Below, piece after piece: positions 25,866 to 34,947 of a DNA stretch of 34,947 nt. The stretch is from the NCBI GenBank assembly GCA_046538485.1, contig JBKHIT010000055.1, forward strand, positions 1 through 34,947, given 5' to 3'. This DNA comes from Candidatus Brocadiia bacterium. GTDB taxonomy: Bacteria > Planctomycetota > Brocadiia > SM23-32. The translations under genes were made by a program, and so were the position numbers. The stretch's first letter is position 1. Each line of letters opens with the position of its first letter. The notes below the pieces were generated by a model, which worked only from the letters and a program-made list of their open reading frames with translations, made no database searches and was not told the origin of the DNA.

Positions 25866-26942
25866 ATGAGTGAAACCGAAAAGGTTCCCCAGCGTAGACT
25901 ATTTTCTGGAAATGAAGCGGCCGGCGAAGCTGCCATCAGGGCGGGCTGCCGTTTCTACGGTGGTTATCCCATCACGCCCCAAAATGAATTGATCGCTTAC
26001 ATGGCCGACCAGCTCCCGCAACGAGGGGGAGTATTTGTCCAGGCAGAAAGCGAACTTGCTGCCATCAATATGCTGTACGGTGCAGGCGGAGCCGGCGTGC
26101 GGTGTATGACATCTTCCAGCAGCCCCGGCATAAGCCTGAAACAGGAAGGGATTTCCTACCTGGCAGGAAGCGAAATTCCGGCCGTCATCGTGAATATCTC
26201 CCGTGGTGGTCCCGGTTTGGGAAATATCGGCCCCTCGCAGGGCGACTATTTTCAGTCAACGCGGGGAGGCGGACACGGAGATTACCGGTGTATCGCGCTC
26301 GGTCCCTCAACGGTACAGGAAATGGCTGAATTCACCACCCTCGCATTCGAACTGGCGGACAAATACCGGATTCCGGTGATTGTTGTGGGGGATGCCATGG
26401 TCGGACAGATGATGGAACCCGTTGAATTCGAAAAGATTCCGCGGTCCGAACCTCCCGAAAAAGCATGGGCACTTACCGGCGCCGCAAATCGGGAACGCAA
26501 TATCGTGCACTCATTTGATATCAGCCAGGAAGGTCTTGAGGAATTCAACCGCAAACTGGTCAAGAAACATGAACGCATCCAGGAACAGGAAACGCGCTGC
26601 GAAAAACTCATGTGCGAAGAGGCCACCCACCTCATCGTCGCCTACGGAACCTGCGCGCGGGTGGCAAAACAGGTAGTGGTAAACCCACCCCAATCGTTCA
26701 AAGGGGAAATCGGCCTTTTCCGTCCCATTACTCTCTGGCCCTACCCCTACGAAGAGCTCAAAACTCTCGCGGAACAGGTGGAAGGAATCCTCACCATCGA
26801 GATGAATGCCGGGCAGATGGTGGAAGATGTAAAACTGGCCTCCGAAGGCCGATGTCCGGTGAAGTTGCTGGGTTATCCCGGAGGTGGCTTCCCGGAAGCC
26901 GGGGCGATGATCGACAAACTGCTTTCTGAATTCGGAGCCTGA
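25866..26942 (+). CDS. vorB: 2-oxoacid:ferredoxin oxidoreductase alpha subunit (VorB-like)
   Basis: GNEA.GEAAIRAGC.FY.GYPITPQ.E, QAESELAAINM.YGA, TSSSSPGISLKQEG, RGGPGLG.I.PSQGDY.Q..RGGGHGDY, RPITLWP, EMNAGQMVEDV. Confidence 0.9.
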   Translation: MSETEKVPQRRLFSGNEAAGEAAIRAGCRFYGGYPITPQNELIAYMADQLPQRGGVFVQAESELAAINMLYGAGGAGVRCMTSSSSPGISLKQEGISYLAGSEIPAVIVNISRGGPGLGNIGPSQGDYFQSTRGGGHGDYRCIALGPSTVQEMAEFTTLAFELADKYRIPVIVVGDAMVGQMMEPVEFEKIPRSEPPEKAWALTGAANRERNIVHSFDISQEGLEEFNRKLVKKHERIQEQETRCEKLMCEEATHLIVAYGTCARVAKQVVVNPPQSFKGEIGLFRPITLWPYPYEELKTLAEQVEGILTIEMNAGQMVEDVKLASEGRCPVKLLGYPGGGFPEAGAMIDKLLSEFGA

Positions 26943-26947
26943 AAACC

Positions 26948-27724
26948 ATGGCAAATCCAACGCAAACAACACGCGAACCCATATATCGGCGTCCCGACTG
27001 TATGCTGGACGTACCGACTCACTACTGTTCAGGGTGTGGACACGGAACCACACACAGGTTGGTGGCAGAGATCATCGATGAACTCGGAATACGCGAGAAA
27101 ACCATCGGGATCGCGCCTGTGGGCTGCGCTGTAATCGCGTACGATTACATAAACATCGATTGGAGCGAAGCCGCCCACGGACGCCCACCAGCCGTCGCAA
27201 CGGGGCTCAAACGCGTTCAGCCCGATCGTATTGTTTTTACTTATCAGGGTGACGGAGATCTGGCGTCAATTGGGATGGCCGAGACGGTGCATGCGGCCAA
27301 TCGCGGGGAAAATATAACCATCGTGTTCATCAACAACACCATCTACGCGATGACACAGGGGCAAATGGCTCCCACAACGGTGGTCGGACAGGAAACGACT
27401 ACGACCCCCCGAGGACGCGATGTCGAAAACGAAGGCCCTCCCATCAAAATGTGCGAGCTCCTTGCGGATTTTGAAAGAGTAAAATTCCTTGCGCGGGGAA
27501 CCGTCTCAAGCCCAAAACATGTCAGACAAACCAAAAAATGGCTGAAAAAAGGTTTCGAATACCAGCTCAACAATGTCGGTTTCTCGCTCATCGAAGTGCT
27601 TTCTCCGTGTCCCACTTACTGGAGGATGAGTCCTCCGGAAAGCGCGGCTTATGTCGAAGAAACACTGGTACAGACATTCCCTCTCGGCGTGGTAAAAGAC
27701 ACAGGACCCGAATCCAGACAATGA
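26948..27724 (+). CDS. 2-oxoacid:ferredoxin oxidoreductase beta (TPP-binding) subunit
   Basis: HYCSGCGHG, PVGC, AHGR..AVATG.KR, YQGDGDLASIG...NN.IY.MT.GQMAPTT, EVLSPCPT.W. Confidence 0.93.
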   Translation: MANPTQTTREPIYRRPDCMLDVPTHYCSGCGHGTTHRLVAEIIDELGIREKTIGIAPVGCAVIAYDYINIDWSEAAHGRPPAVATGLKRVQPDRIVFTYQGDGDLASIGMAETVHAANRGENITIVFINNTIYAMTQGQMAPTTVVGQETTTTPRGRDVENEGPPIKMCELLADFERVKFLARGTVSSPKHVRQTKKWLKKGFEYQLNNVGFSLIEVLSPCPTYWRMSPPESAAYVEETLVQTFPLGVVKDTGPESRQ

Positions 27725-27734
27725 GACTTTGATT

Positions 27735-28343
27735 ATGGCCAATTCAGAAATGAACGCGGACATTTCCACAGCTGACGAACACCGGATTATTATCGCAGGG
27801 TTCGGAGGACAGGGAGTTCTCACCCTGGGCAAATTGCTCTGCACCGCCTGCATGGATGAGGGTAAAGCCGTAACTTACCTGCCCTCCTACGGCTCCGAAG
27901 TACGGGGCGGCACCGCCAACTGCCATGTTGTTGTTTCACCACAGCAGATTTTCAGCCCGCTTGTGGAAAACGCCGACTCGTTGATCGTTATGAACGCACC
28001 GTCGTTCGAGCGATTTTCCGACTCACTGAAGCCCGGCGGGTTAATGATTCTGAATACTTCTCTGGTGAATCCGGGCACCTACGCTGATGACCGAGAACTC
28101 GTGTTTCTGCCGATCGAAGCCTCCGAACGCGCGACACACTTGGGGAATGTTCTGGTCACAAATGTGATGATGCTTGGCGCGTTCCTCGCCTTGAGTGGCT
28201 TGTGTTCGGTCACCCGCGTGCAAGATGCCATCTGGCAGTTGATGTCAGGGCGAAAAAGTAAGAATATCGATATCAATCTCTCCGCCCTGGATGAGGGAAT
28301 TGAGACTGCCCGAGAAGCTTTCCCTCAACGAGCTGCCGAATAA
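27735..28343 (+). CDS. 2-oxoacid:ferredoxin oxidoreductase gamma subunit
   Basis: IIIAGFGGQGVL..G, PSYGSEVRGGTANC.V, MN.PS..RF, LG.....NV.MLGA, N..AL..G. Confidence 0.93.
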   Translation: MANSEMNADISTADEHRIIIAGFGGQGVLTLGKLLCTACMDEGKAVTYLPSYGSEVRGGTANCHVVVSPQQIFSPLVENADSLIVMNAPSFERFSDSLKPGGLMILNTSLVNPGTYADDRELVFLPIEASERATHLGNVLVTNVMMLGAFLALSGLCSVTRVQDAIWQLMSGRKSKNIDINLSALDEGIETAREAFPQRAAE

Positions 28344-28400
28344 AAGCAGTCCATATGTTTGCATGTGCCCCTTGGTCGGGTCTCGCCATTACCCCGAACA

Positions 28401-29624
28401 TTACTCTTCTTCTATTTCGCGGTGACGGATAACACGAACCTCTTCGAGGTCGATCTGGATCCGTTCCGTCTCGTCCTCCGCATGGGTGCAGGGAAAATCA
28501 AAACGGTAAGTTCCTACTTTGTAAAGCATTTTAGTTTGATCGTCATTCCAGATCAGCCTGACGATCCAAATGTCCGCTTTCTCCTTCTGTCCGGATAACC
28601 CCGGGATCTCAATCTCATCAACGATGACGGGATTGTAGCTGCGCAGCGGTGGACGCGTTGTTCCGCGGACAATTACCGTTTGTCCCTCTAAAAGACGCTC
28701 GGCCTTTTTCAATAACACTCTATTTTCTCTCGGCACGAGGCATGTCAATTCGTCATACGTCTCGAATGCCGTCCCAATTACAACACGCCTCCGATTAGGA
28801 CCTCTTACCACACGAGGTATGCGCGGCGGATTGCCCCTGACCCGGTCTTTGAATTCAACATCCACGACCTTGCCACGCTGGATTTGCTCATGAACACTTC
28901 GTGCACGAAACGAATTGTACTTTTTCTCAACTCCCTCTTCTTCTTTATCATCTTTCTGAAGACGCGAGAGAAACACTTTACGCGGCACCTGACTGATAAG
29001 CAACTCCAGCTTTTCATTCCCGTCTTTGTGCCGGCAGGGAAAATTAAACGACCGTCTCAGTGTCCGATTTTTCAGATCTTTCTGTTCAACCATCTTGACA
29101 ACCGGCTCGCGCGTCTCTTCCTGCCATACCACCCGAAGCTGATGTCCAATCGACGATTGAGTCCCCTTACCGCCGGGAATACGGTCTACCAGCACATAAT
29201 GCCCGGCCCCTCGTTGTCCAAATGTCGTCCCTTCCACAGTCAGGTTTTGTCCCGTCTGAGCATTTTCCAATCGATCAATAGTATCTTTCTGCTCAGCAGG
29301 TACCATGCATATTAGATCTTTGCCCGTCTGGAATTCCCTTACTATGTTGTACCTCTCTCCGCCCATGTTTATGGTACGCCTTACACGGCGCTCCCCTTCA
29401 TAGGAATCCGTAAAGCGCACATCCGCTCGCGTATTTTTCCCGCACAAACGGTAGACAAGAGATGGCTCAACTGTTGTGTACCGTTTCACAACCATTCGCC
29501 GGACATTTTCTTCACGCCCGGCAGCTTCATCCGTATCAATCTCCTCTTCCGCGCCGTAGGCGCTGCCCCCCGCGAACAAAACTACCAGTCCCATCAATAA
29601 AGAAAGCACTTTCTTCCAGGTCAT
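28401..29624 (-). CDS. Secreted hypothetical protein with an internal tandem duplication
   Basis: 407 aa, AAGGAGG RBS, Sec signal peptide (..SAYG/AEE), two homologous ~165-aa units. Confidence 0.85.
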   Translation of the reverse strand: MTWKKVLSLLMGLVVLFAGGSAYGAEEEIDTDEAAGREENVRRMVVKRYTTVEPSLVYRLCGKNTRADVRFTDSYEGERRVRRTINMGGERYNIVREFQTGKDLICMVPAEQKDTIDRLENAQTGQNLTVEGTTFGQRGAGHYVLVDRIPGGKGTQSSIGHQLRVVWQEETREPVVKMVEQKDLKNRTLRRSFNFPCRHKDGNEKLELLISQVPRKVFLSRLQKDDKEEEGVEKKYNSFRARSVHEQIQRGKVVDVEFKDRVRGNPPRIPRVVRGPNRRRVVIGTAFETYDELTCLVPRENRVLLKKAERLLEGQTVIVRGTTRPPLRSYNPVIVDEIEIPGLSGQKEKADIWIVRLIWNDDQTKMLYKVGTYRFDFPCTHAEDETERIQIDLEEVRVIRHREIEEE

Positions 29625-29816
29625 GACATCCTCCTTGTTATGCTCTCGTCACCAATTCTCCCCCGCCTTCACCCAACCCATACGTTTGATCCGGGCACAA
29701 AAACGGGTTTCTTCATCTGAGTTCACTATATTTTACCCCCCACAGTGCTATTTAATCAACCCTTCCACAGAATTTTGCCACGGGACGCCGGAAGATTGTA
29801 CCGATACGGCTGTAAC

Positions 29817-30677
29817 TCAAAAACCCGAAGTCGGTTTCTCGAGCCCCCTTCCGTAGAGGGCCGCGCCCAAAGCAGTCGTGTATTCCGCACAGGGCGGAAC
29901 GGCTACCTGCGTATTCAACTCTCTGGAAAGAGCGAGCCGAAGACTGCGCAAATGCGAGGGCCCGCCGTCGAACATTACCGGCGGACTCCATCCAACCCGT
30001 TCAAGCAACTCTCTTGCCCGCCGCGCGATACTCTCAACGATACCAGCTGCCACTTTCGCCTGCGGGCAACCTTCCGAAAGCAAGGATACCACCTCGGATT
30101 CGGCAAACACAGTACACGTGCTTGTGATGGAAACCCCGGCTTCCACACTCTGCGCAAGCTTATCGAGTTCCCTGAGATCGACCTCCAGAACGCGGGCCAT
30201 TACTTCAAGAAAACGCCCCGTGCCGGCCGCACAGCGCTCGTTCATTGCAAACTGATCAACAATCCCGCCTCCGCTGAATGTGATGGCTTTGCTGTCCTGC
30301 CCCCCTATATCAATCACCGTTCGAAATGGTCCCGGCACCTCGGACGGATCCGGTTTTGTTCCGAACCCGGCATCAGTATCCTCCAACCGGTCCCAGTGTC
30401 GCCACATCCAACCCACTCCGATCGCATTCGCCAGGATTTCACTGACGATCGTCTGGGGCGCCGAAATGAGATTCCGGCCGTATCCGGTGCTACAAATGCG
30501 ACTGTCAGCAACATCTTCCCCGGCTATGTCGTCGCGAAGTTTCCCAAGCAACCCAGCACATTGGCTTGAAACATCGGCACCCGTGCGAATTTTCCGCCAG
30601 ATGATAGGCCGGTTATCGCGCACAGCGATGGCTTTGATCGCCACGCTCCCGGCATCAATTCCAAATGCAAGACTCAC
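29817..30677 (-). CDS. 2-hydroxyacyl-CoA dehydratase activase (HgdC/YjiL, BcrAD/BadFG ASKHA ATPase)
   Basis: GIDAGS, TGYGR, VIDIGGQDSK, FAMNERCAAGTGRFLE, S.CTVFAESEV (the two cluster Cys), GG, ALGAAL. Confidence 0.93.
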   Translation of the reverse strand: MSLAFGIDAGSVAIKAIAVRDNRPIIWRKIRTGADVSSQCAGLLGKLRDDIAGEDVADSRICSTGYGRNLISAPQTIVSEILANAIGVGWMWRHWDRLEDTDAGFGTKPDPSEVPGPFRTVIDIGGQDSKAITFSGGGIVDQFAMNERCAAGTGRFLEVMARVLEVDLRELDKLAQSVEAGVSITSTCTVFAESEVVSLLSEGCPQAKVAAGIVESIARRARELLERVGWSPPVMFDGGPSHLRSLRLALSRELNTQVAVPPCAEYTTALGAALYGRGLEKPTSGF

Positions 30678-30760
30678 AACCGCTACTCCACAAAGAACAA
30701 AGACTCTGATTCAACCGCCGCTTCCCATTAATAACCCTCTGAAGCCACATTAGCCCATCC

Positions 30761-32842
30761 TTATTCTACCTCGACGACGATCTTCCCGCTTCCGGTATTG
30801 CCCGCGACATCCGTAGCTACGAAGACAAATACGTGTTCTCCCGACTCAAGTTTCTCGGTTTCGAATACGAATTTCTCGGCGGGAGAATCGAACATCCGAT
30901 CGGCCGCAAAGACCGGTTGCCATTTTTGCGAATTGTGGCTGACTTCCATGCGCGATATCGCCGAGTATTTGTCCCGGGCCAATCCAGAAATCCTGTACGC
31001 CCCGTCCGTCTGACGCGTCTGTTTCAGTTGCTCAACGGCGGGACGACGGTTATCCACAACAAAGGGCGCCGTCATACGTTCCCCTTCGAGAGCCTCGGCC
31101 GGAGGACGGGCGAGTCGATCACTCGCAATTAAACGAACAAGATACGTCCCATCGGGAACCCTTCCGGTTTCCCACTGGAAGTTCGTCTTCCCGCGGATGT
31201 CTTCTTTCAGAACTTTCCACTCGCGTTCATCGGTAGCTTTGTATTGGAGCTCAAATACGAGTTCATCTCCATTCGGGTCGTTTCCCTGCCACGAAATAGT
31301 CCGCGTCCCACGATTATTTTTGGACTTCGAACTGCCGGAGCCTGATTTCTGTTGATCCGAACCACCGCCCTGCCGTTGACCGTTCACCTGCAATTTCTGT
31401 ATCTGCGGCCGGCGATTCGTCTGACGGTAACTGGTTTCAATTGCAAGAACCTCAGGACTTTCGGCCTCGCCCGCCGTTGAAAGAGTCAATTTAATTTGGG
31501 CAAACCTGCCCATCGGCAAATTCAGTGGCTGCCCGGTATTTTTTCGAACGGGCATCGACCATTCACTCCATGTTTTGTCCGGTTTCCGAGAATTGCCGGT
31601 TCTTAGCTCCACTTCCCACGCCGCGCTGTCCGGACAATCTCCTCTCCAGCTGATTCGACTCCACGCGGAAAGATACCCGGCATCGTGGACTGAGCTGGCA
31701 AAAGTACCTGTCTCCCGCAGTTCCTTACCCAGCCGCCAGAGCCCGCCACCATTGGACGTACCGATAATCACAGCACCCTCTGTGTCAACGGCCATGGCTG
31801 ATATGTGGCGCGCCTGGAAATCTCCCACCACACGCATTACCCCTTTACGATTGACTCCGACAAGCCGCCCCTCTACACCTGTGCCGGCCATGAGTTCCTG
31901 ATTCGACGAAAATGCCATGGAAAGAACCAGTGCTTGCTGGAAACTGGCAAGCCGAACGGCACCTTCCCCCGGGATCATTCGGTATATGCTGTTGTCAGAC
32001 GCCGGTTTGCCGGGCAGAACCTGGGCCGAAGGACCTTCACCGGAAGATGGTGCTTTCGGTGCCGATGATTTGCCCGGCTTTTTCGGAGTGTTCGGATTCG
32101 GGCCCTTCGCCTGAGCTGTCCCGATATAAAGCGCGCCATCTTGTCCCCGAGCGAGTGTTCGGATTTCCTCTTCCTCCGCGTCATACACGACAGTCACAGA
32201 GCCGTCCATCTTCACGTTATATACCAGCCCGTCAGGTTGCGTACCGACGTAGAATGAACCCTTGCCCGACCGCACCACAGATAACAGATTCTTCTGTTTC
32301 GCTTTGAAAATCTCGCTGCTTTCTCCCTCGTTATTCAATTGTATTAAGGCTCCTTCTGGTCCCGTAGCACATACGATTTCGCCGCCGGGCCCCCTGCACA
32401 TATCCCAAACGTATGTCGCACCCAGATCAGAAAATATCGTCACCTCGCCGGCTTCCGTAATACGATAAATCATGCCGCGCGGAGCCGTCCCCGCCAGGAC
32501 AACCCCGTCATCCAACACAAGCATGCTCTGAACGTGATCTTCGCTCGTCTTATGAACGAGTTCAGCCTTATCCCCCTTCAGCCGGTAAACGGCTCCGGGG
32601 CTACCAGCAGCAACCCACATACTGTCATCACCCGGTGCGATATCCCAGACATAATTGGCTTCGAGCCCATTGATTTTCTTGATCGATGGGGCCAACCGCA
32701 GCTCACCCGTCGAAAGAAGTGACACCCCATCCAGTTTGCCCTTAACGAGAGCCTGATAGCCCCGCAATTCCCAGCTCTTTCCCGCCGCAAAACCAAAAGA
32801 ACAGGACAACCAAATGGCCACCAATAGCCAGATTTTCCTCAT
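30761..32842 (-). CDS. Secreted beta-propeller protein with C-terminal Ig/FN3-like domains
   Basis: Signal peptide from ATG 32842 (GGAG RBS). Blade repeats GSPGAVYRL, GTAPRGMIYRI, ATGPEGALIQL, GTQPDGLVYNV, GTGVEGRLV, GTSNGGGLWRL. Also RTGNS..PD.TWS.WS, W...DPNGD.L, PDG.Y..RL.ASD, D.AGN. Confidence 0.8.
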   Translation of the reverse strand: MRKIWLLVAIWLSCSFGFAAGKSWELRGYQALVKGKLDGVSLLSTGELRLAPSIKKINGLEANYVWDIAPGDDSMWVAAGSPGAVYRLKGDKAELVHKTSEDHVQSMLVLDDGVVLAGTAPRGMIYRITEAGEVTIFSDLGATYVWDMCRGPGGEIVCATGPEGALIQLNNEGESSEIFKAKQKNLLSVVRSGKGSFYVGTQPDGLVYNVKMDGSVTVVYDAEEEEIRTLARGQDGALYIGTAQAKGPNPNTPKKPGKSSAPKAPSSGEGPSAQVLPGKPASDNSIYRMIPGEGAVRLASFQQALVLSMAFSSNQELMAGTGVEGRLVGVNRKGVMRVVGDFQARHISAMAVDTEGAVIIGTSNGGGLWRLGKELRETGTFASSVHDAGYLSAWSRISWRGDCPDSAAWEVELRTGNSRKPDKTWSEWSMPVRKNTGQPLNLPMGRFAQIKLTLSTAGEAESPEVLAIETSYRQTNRRPQIQKLQVNGQRQGGGSDQQKSGSGSSKSKNNRGTRTISWQGNDPNGDELVFELQYKATDEREWKVLKEDIRGKTNFQWETGRVPDGTYLVRLIASDRLARPPAEALEGERMTAPFVVDNRRPAVEQLKQTRQTDGAYRISGLARDKYSAISRMEVSHNSQKWQPVFAADRMFDSPAEKFVFETEKLESGEHVFVFVATDVAGNTGSGKIVVEVE

Positions 32843-32980
32843 TGTAAAACTCCATTGCTTTTTATTGAAAATCATCTCTTCTCTTCATCGGACGTCCATG
32901 TCAATTCCAGGCGCGGCATGTTTGTGCTTTGCTTCTTCAGGTCTCGCTTGACTTCGCCAGAGCAACAGCCTGCTGGCACT

Positions 32981-34945
32981 TCATCGATACGTCTGTGCAT
33001 CGTCTGTCGTCGGCGAGCCGATTGTAATCGCTGAACTCTGCGCTCCGGCAACAACCCATGGAGTTTTTACCGTGCTTTTCACGTCCCGATTCAGAGGCAT
33101 TGCTTTCCCACTCTCGCTGCCGAACGCAAGTATGTTGACGGCCGAGGATGGCAAGTGTGGCATTGCTTCCCCGTCGTAGCGCAGGCCTTCCCGGATAAAA
33201 GAGGCTCGGAGGTGCAGATGCGTGCTCTGAGGCACCTCCTCAATCAGCATAAGCAGATCTTCGAAGCTATCAGGTGCGAAAAAACCGGGGTCAAGCCCGG
33301 CTTCAATACTCCGAGCTGTAAAAGCGTCACAAACCAGTATCTGAGCGGTCGAACCGGGACGCGCATCTTCGGGCACTTTCAACGTCATTTTTACGACTTT
33401 ATCGTCGCCCTGGAATTCCCGCAATCGCACCCACACAGTGATGGTTTCTCCGGGCAAAAACTTCTGCCGTGGCAAACGCAAGGTTTCGATCTGAGCCGAT
33501 TTCAGTCCCCTTTTGACATCCAACTTGAACTTGAGGTTTCGGATTTCGGTCTCTTGAAATGGGTTCAACACCAGTGACTCCATCGGCAACCACACAAGTT
33601 CAAAAGCCGGGGCCATCGGCGAGAACCCGCTGTATGTGTTTTCCAGAATAAGGGGCTTTTCACGTCCTTCGATTCCAATCTGAGACTGTGCCGTAACCGT
33701 TATGGGCGTCCCGGTACCTTCCCACCGCAACGCGCTCAGTGCGGTCGTGTAGAACGCCAGCATCGGTGCCATTTCCCAGTAAGACGCCACCCGGTAGTCA
33801 AAAGTAACTTTCCTGGACCCTGCCACCTGAACCGAGACAGGGAACATGGGTGCTTTTTCGCCCAGCCGCCCCGAAATTCCCGGCGCCCGATCTTCGACCA
33901 AACGACCAACCACAGGCCCGGTCGAACTGAGCCTGAAGGACCTGTAACTCGACGGCACAATCGCTTCTACACGACCGAGAGCCAATGGTAAATTCACATG
34001 TCCCGACCCCATCAACGGGTGGCCAAAAGCAAGGATTTTATCCCCGTCAACAGCCGTCACTGTGCCCATGGCCGACAGATCCAGGTCACCACTGATCCAT
34101 ACAACGCCCAGCGGATCTCCGGGGAGAGGTTTTCGCTCCGGGAAATTACGGGACATTGCCCCAGCGCCCTGAACGGGGAAAAACCCATTTGTTTCCATCA
34201 ACGGAGAAAACTTCCTCAACACCTCGGACACCAGACCGCGCACGGCAACGGGTGTGGGAAGCGGGATCATTGCATTTTGACCGGTTCCCTGGAGCATTCT
34301 GCGCACCGAGCCCGGCATCTTATCCAGTGTCCATTGGGGCAATTCTGCCGTGGGCAATCGGAGCATCGACCGGATCGTTGCCAGTCGTTGTTCTGACAAA
34401 TCTCCGGACCTTTGTCCCAAACATCTGGCCAAACGCTCGCCCTTCTCCCTCAAAATCCGTCGATAATGGGCCTTTCGAGATTCCTCAGTCCCGGTTTTCT
34501 GTTCTTCAGCAATTTCCCCGATTTCGCGCATCTCCGATATAGGAGTAACACCGGCCAGCGGAACCTTGCAGAAGGGAAAACCATATGCCACCGCCCCCAG
34601 CGGAAGGTCCTCAATGAAGACGGGACTCCCGCTCATTCCGGCGATTATGCCCGCCTTATCGAGCTCGGGCGAACTCATGCGGATAAGCACCAGTTTTCCC
34701 CCGGGCGTCCACCCATCGAGGATGCCGAGGACTTCGACCGGGAATTTCTCCACTTCATTCGAGCCGAACGTAGTGAGGCCATAGCCTTTCATTCCCCGCT
34801 CGACATTTTCGACCGGATAAAAATCTCTGGTTGCGCTCTCTCCAGAAGCCGCCCATATCGACACGATGTTGGTCAGCACAAGGACAGCGGCAACCAACCA
34901 CCAGATCGAAAGTGGAAGGATTTTTGTTGCAGATACCTTATGAGA
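32981..34945 (-). CDS. SpoIVB-like peptidase S55 domain protein (5' end probably outside the window)
   Basis: GMKGYGLT.F....VEKF.VEVLG, GIIAGMSGSPVF...GAVAYG, GTVT.VDG..ILAFGHP. The frame stays open upstream of TTG 34897 to the window edge. Hydrophobic signal-like N-terminus. Confidence 0.88.
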   Translation of the reverse strand, partial: SHKVSATKILPLSIWWLVAAVLVLTNIVSIWAASGESATRDFYPVENVERGMKGYGLTTFGSNEVEKFPVEVLGILDGWTPGGKLVLIRMSSPELDKAGIIAGMSGSPVFIEDLPLGAVAYGFPFCKVPLAGVTPISEMREIGEIAEEQKTGTEESRKAHYRRILREKGERLARCLGQRSGDLSEQRLATIRSMLRLPTAELPQWTLDKMPGSVRRMLQGTGQNAMIPLPTPVAVRGLVSEVLRKFSPLMETNGFFPVQGAGAMSRNFPERKPLPGDPLGVVWISGDLDLSAMGTVTAVDGDKILAFGHPLMGSGHVNLPLALGRVEAIVPSSYRSFRLSSTGPVVGRLVEDRAPGISGRLGEKAPMFPVSVQVAGSRKVTFDYRVASYWEMAPMLAFYTTALSALRWEGTGTPITVTAQSQIGIEGREKPLILENTYSGFSPMAPAFELVWLPMESLVLNPFQETEIRNLKFKLDVKRGLKSAQIETLRLPRQKFLPGETITVWVRLREFQGDDKVVKMTLKVPEDARPGSTAQILVCDAFTARSIEAGLDPGFFAPDSFEDLLMLIEEVPQSTHLHLRASFIREGLRYDGEAMPHLPSSAVNILAFGSESGKAMPLNRDVKSTVKTPWVVAGAQSSAITIGSPTTDDAQTYR

Positions 34946-34947
34946 AT

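Noticed and set aside
32872..33054. 60-aa ORF bridging the peptidase and propeller genes
   Set aside because: Overlaps the peptidase 3' end, starts with a weak codon and has no recognisable features.
1..34947. rRNA, tRNA, riboswitch, prophage or defence-system genes
   Set aside because: None recognised by eye. A tRNAscan, Rfam or DefenseFinder run would be needed to exclude divergent cases.

Overview
Bacterial chromosomal window of roughly 53-55% GC (by eye). The gene set (2-oxoacid:ferredoxin oxidoreductase, CoA-dehydratase activase, sulfatases, GH36/GH130, non-sporulation SpoIVB-like peptidase) suggests an anaerobic carbohydrate degrader, possibly PVC/Planctomycetota; that is inference only. 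In order: (1) truncated REP-associated tyrosine (HUH/Y1) transposase; (2) GH36 glycosidase; (3) TetR-TolC-MFP-RND efflux operon ending in a P-II-like small protein; (4) an intergenic tract of several palindromic/REP-like elements; (5) DUF2330-like gene and TIGR03546/AsmA-like fusion gene, bracketed by two same-orientation copies of a ~58-bp structured repeat; (6) FMN split-barrel protein; (7) partly eroded minus-strand sugar cluster (Gfo/Idh/MocA, membrane-anchored unknown, SDR fragment, DegT aminotransferase, PQ-loop-like protein, sulfatase, sulfatase fragment); (8) MgtC, GH130, PflX-like radical SAM, D-2-hydroxyacid dehydrogenase; (9) xseB-nadK-ferredoxin-2-oxoacid oxidoreductase alpha/beta/gamma; (10) minus-strand run of a circularly permuted SpoIVB/S55 peptidase (open at the window edge), a secreted beta-propeller protein, a stand-alone dehydratase activase and a secreted unknown with an internal tandem duplication. 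No rRNA, tRNA or CRISPR array was seen. All calls come from motif recognition by eye; no searches were run.
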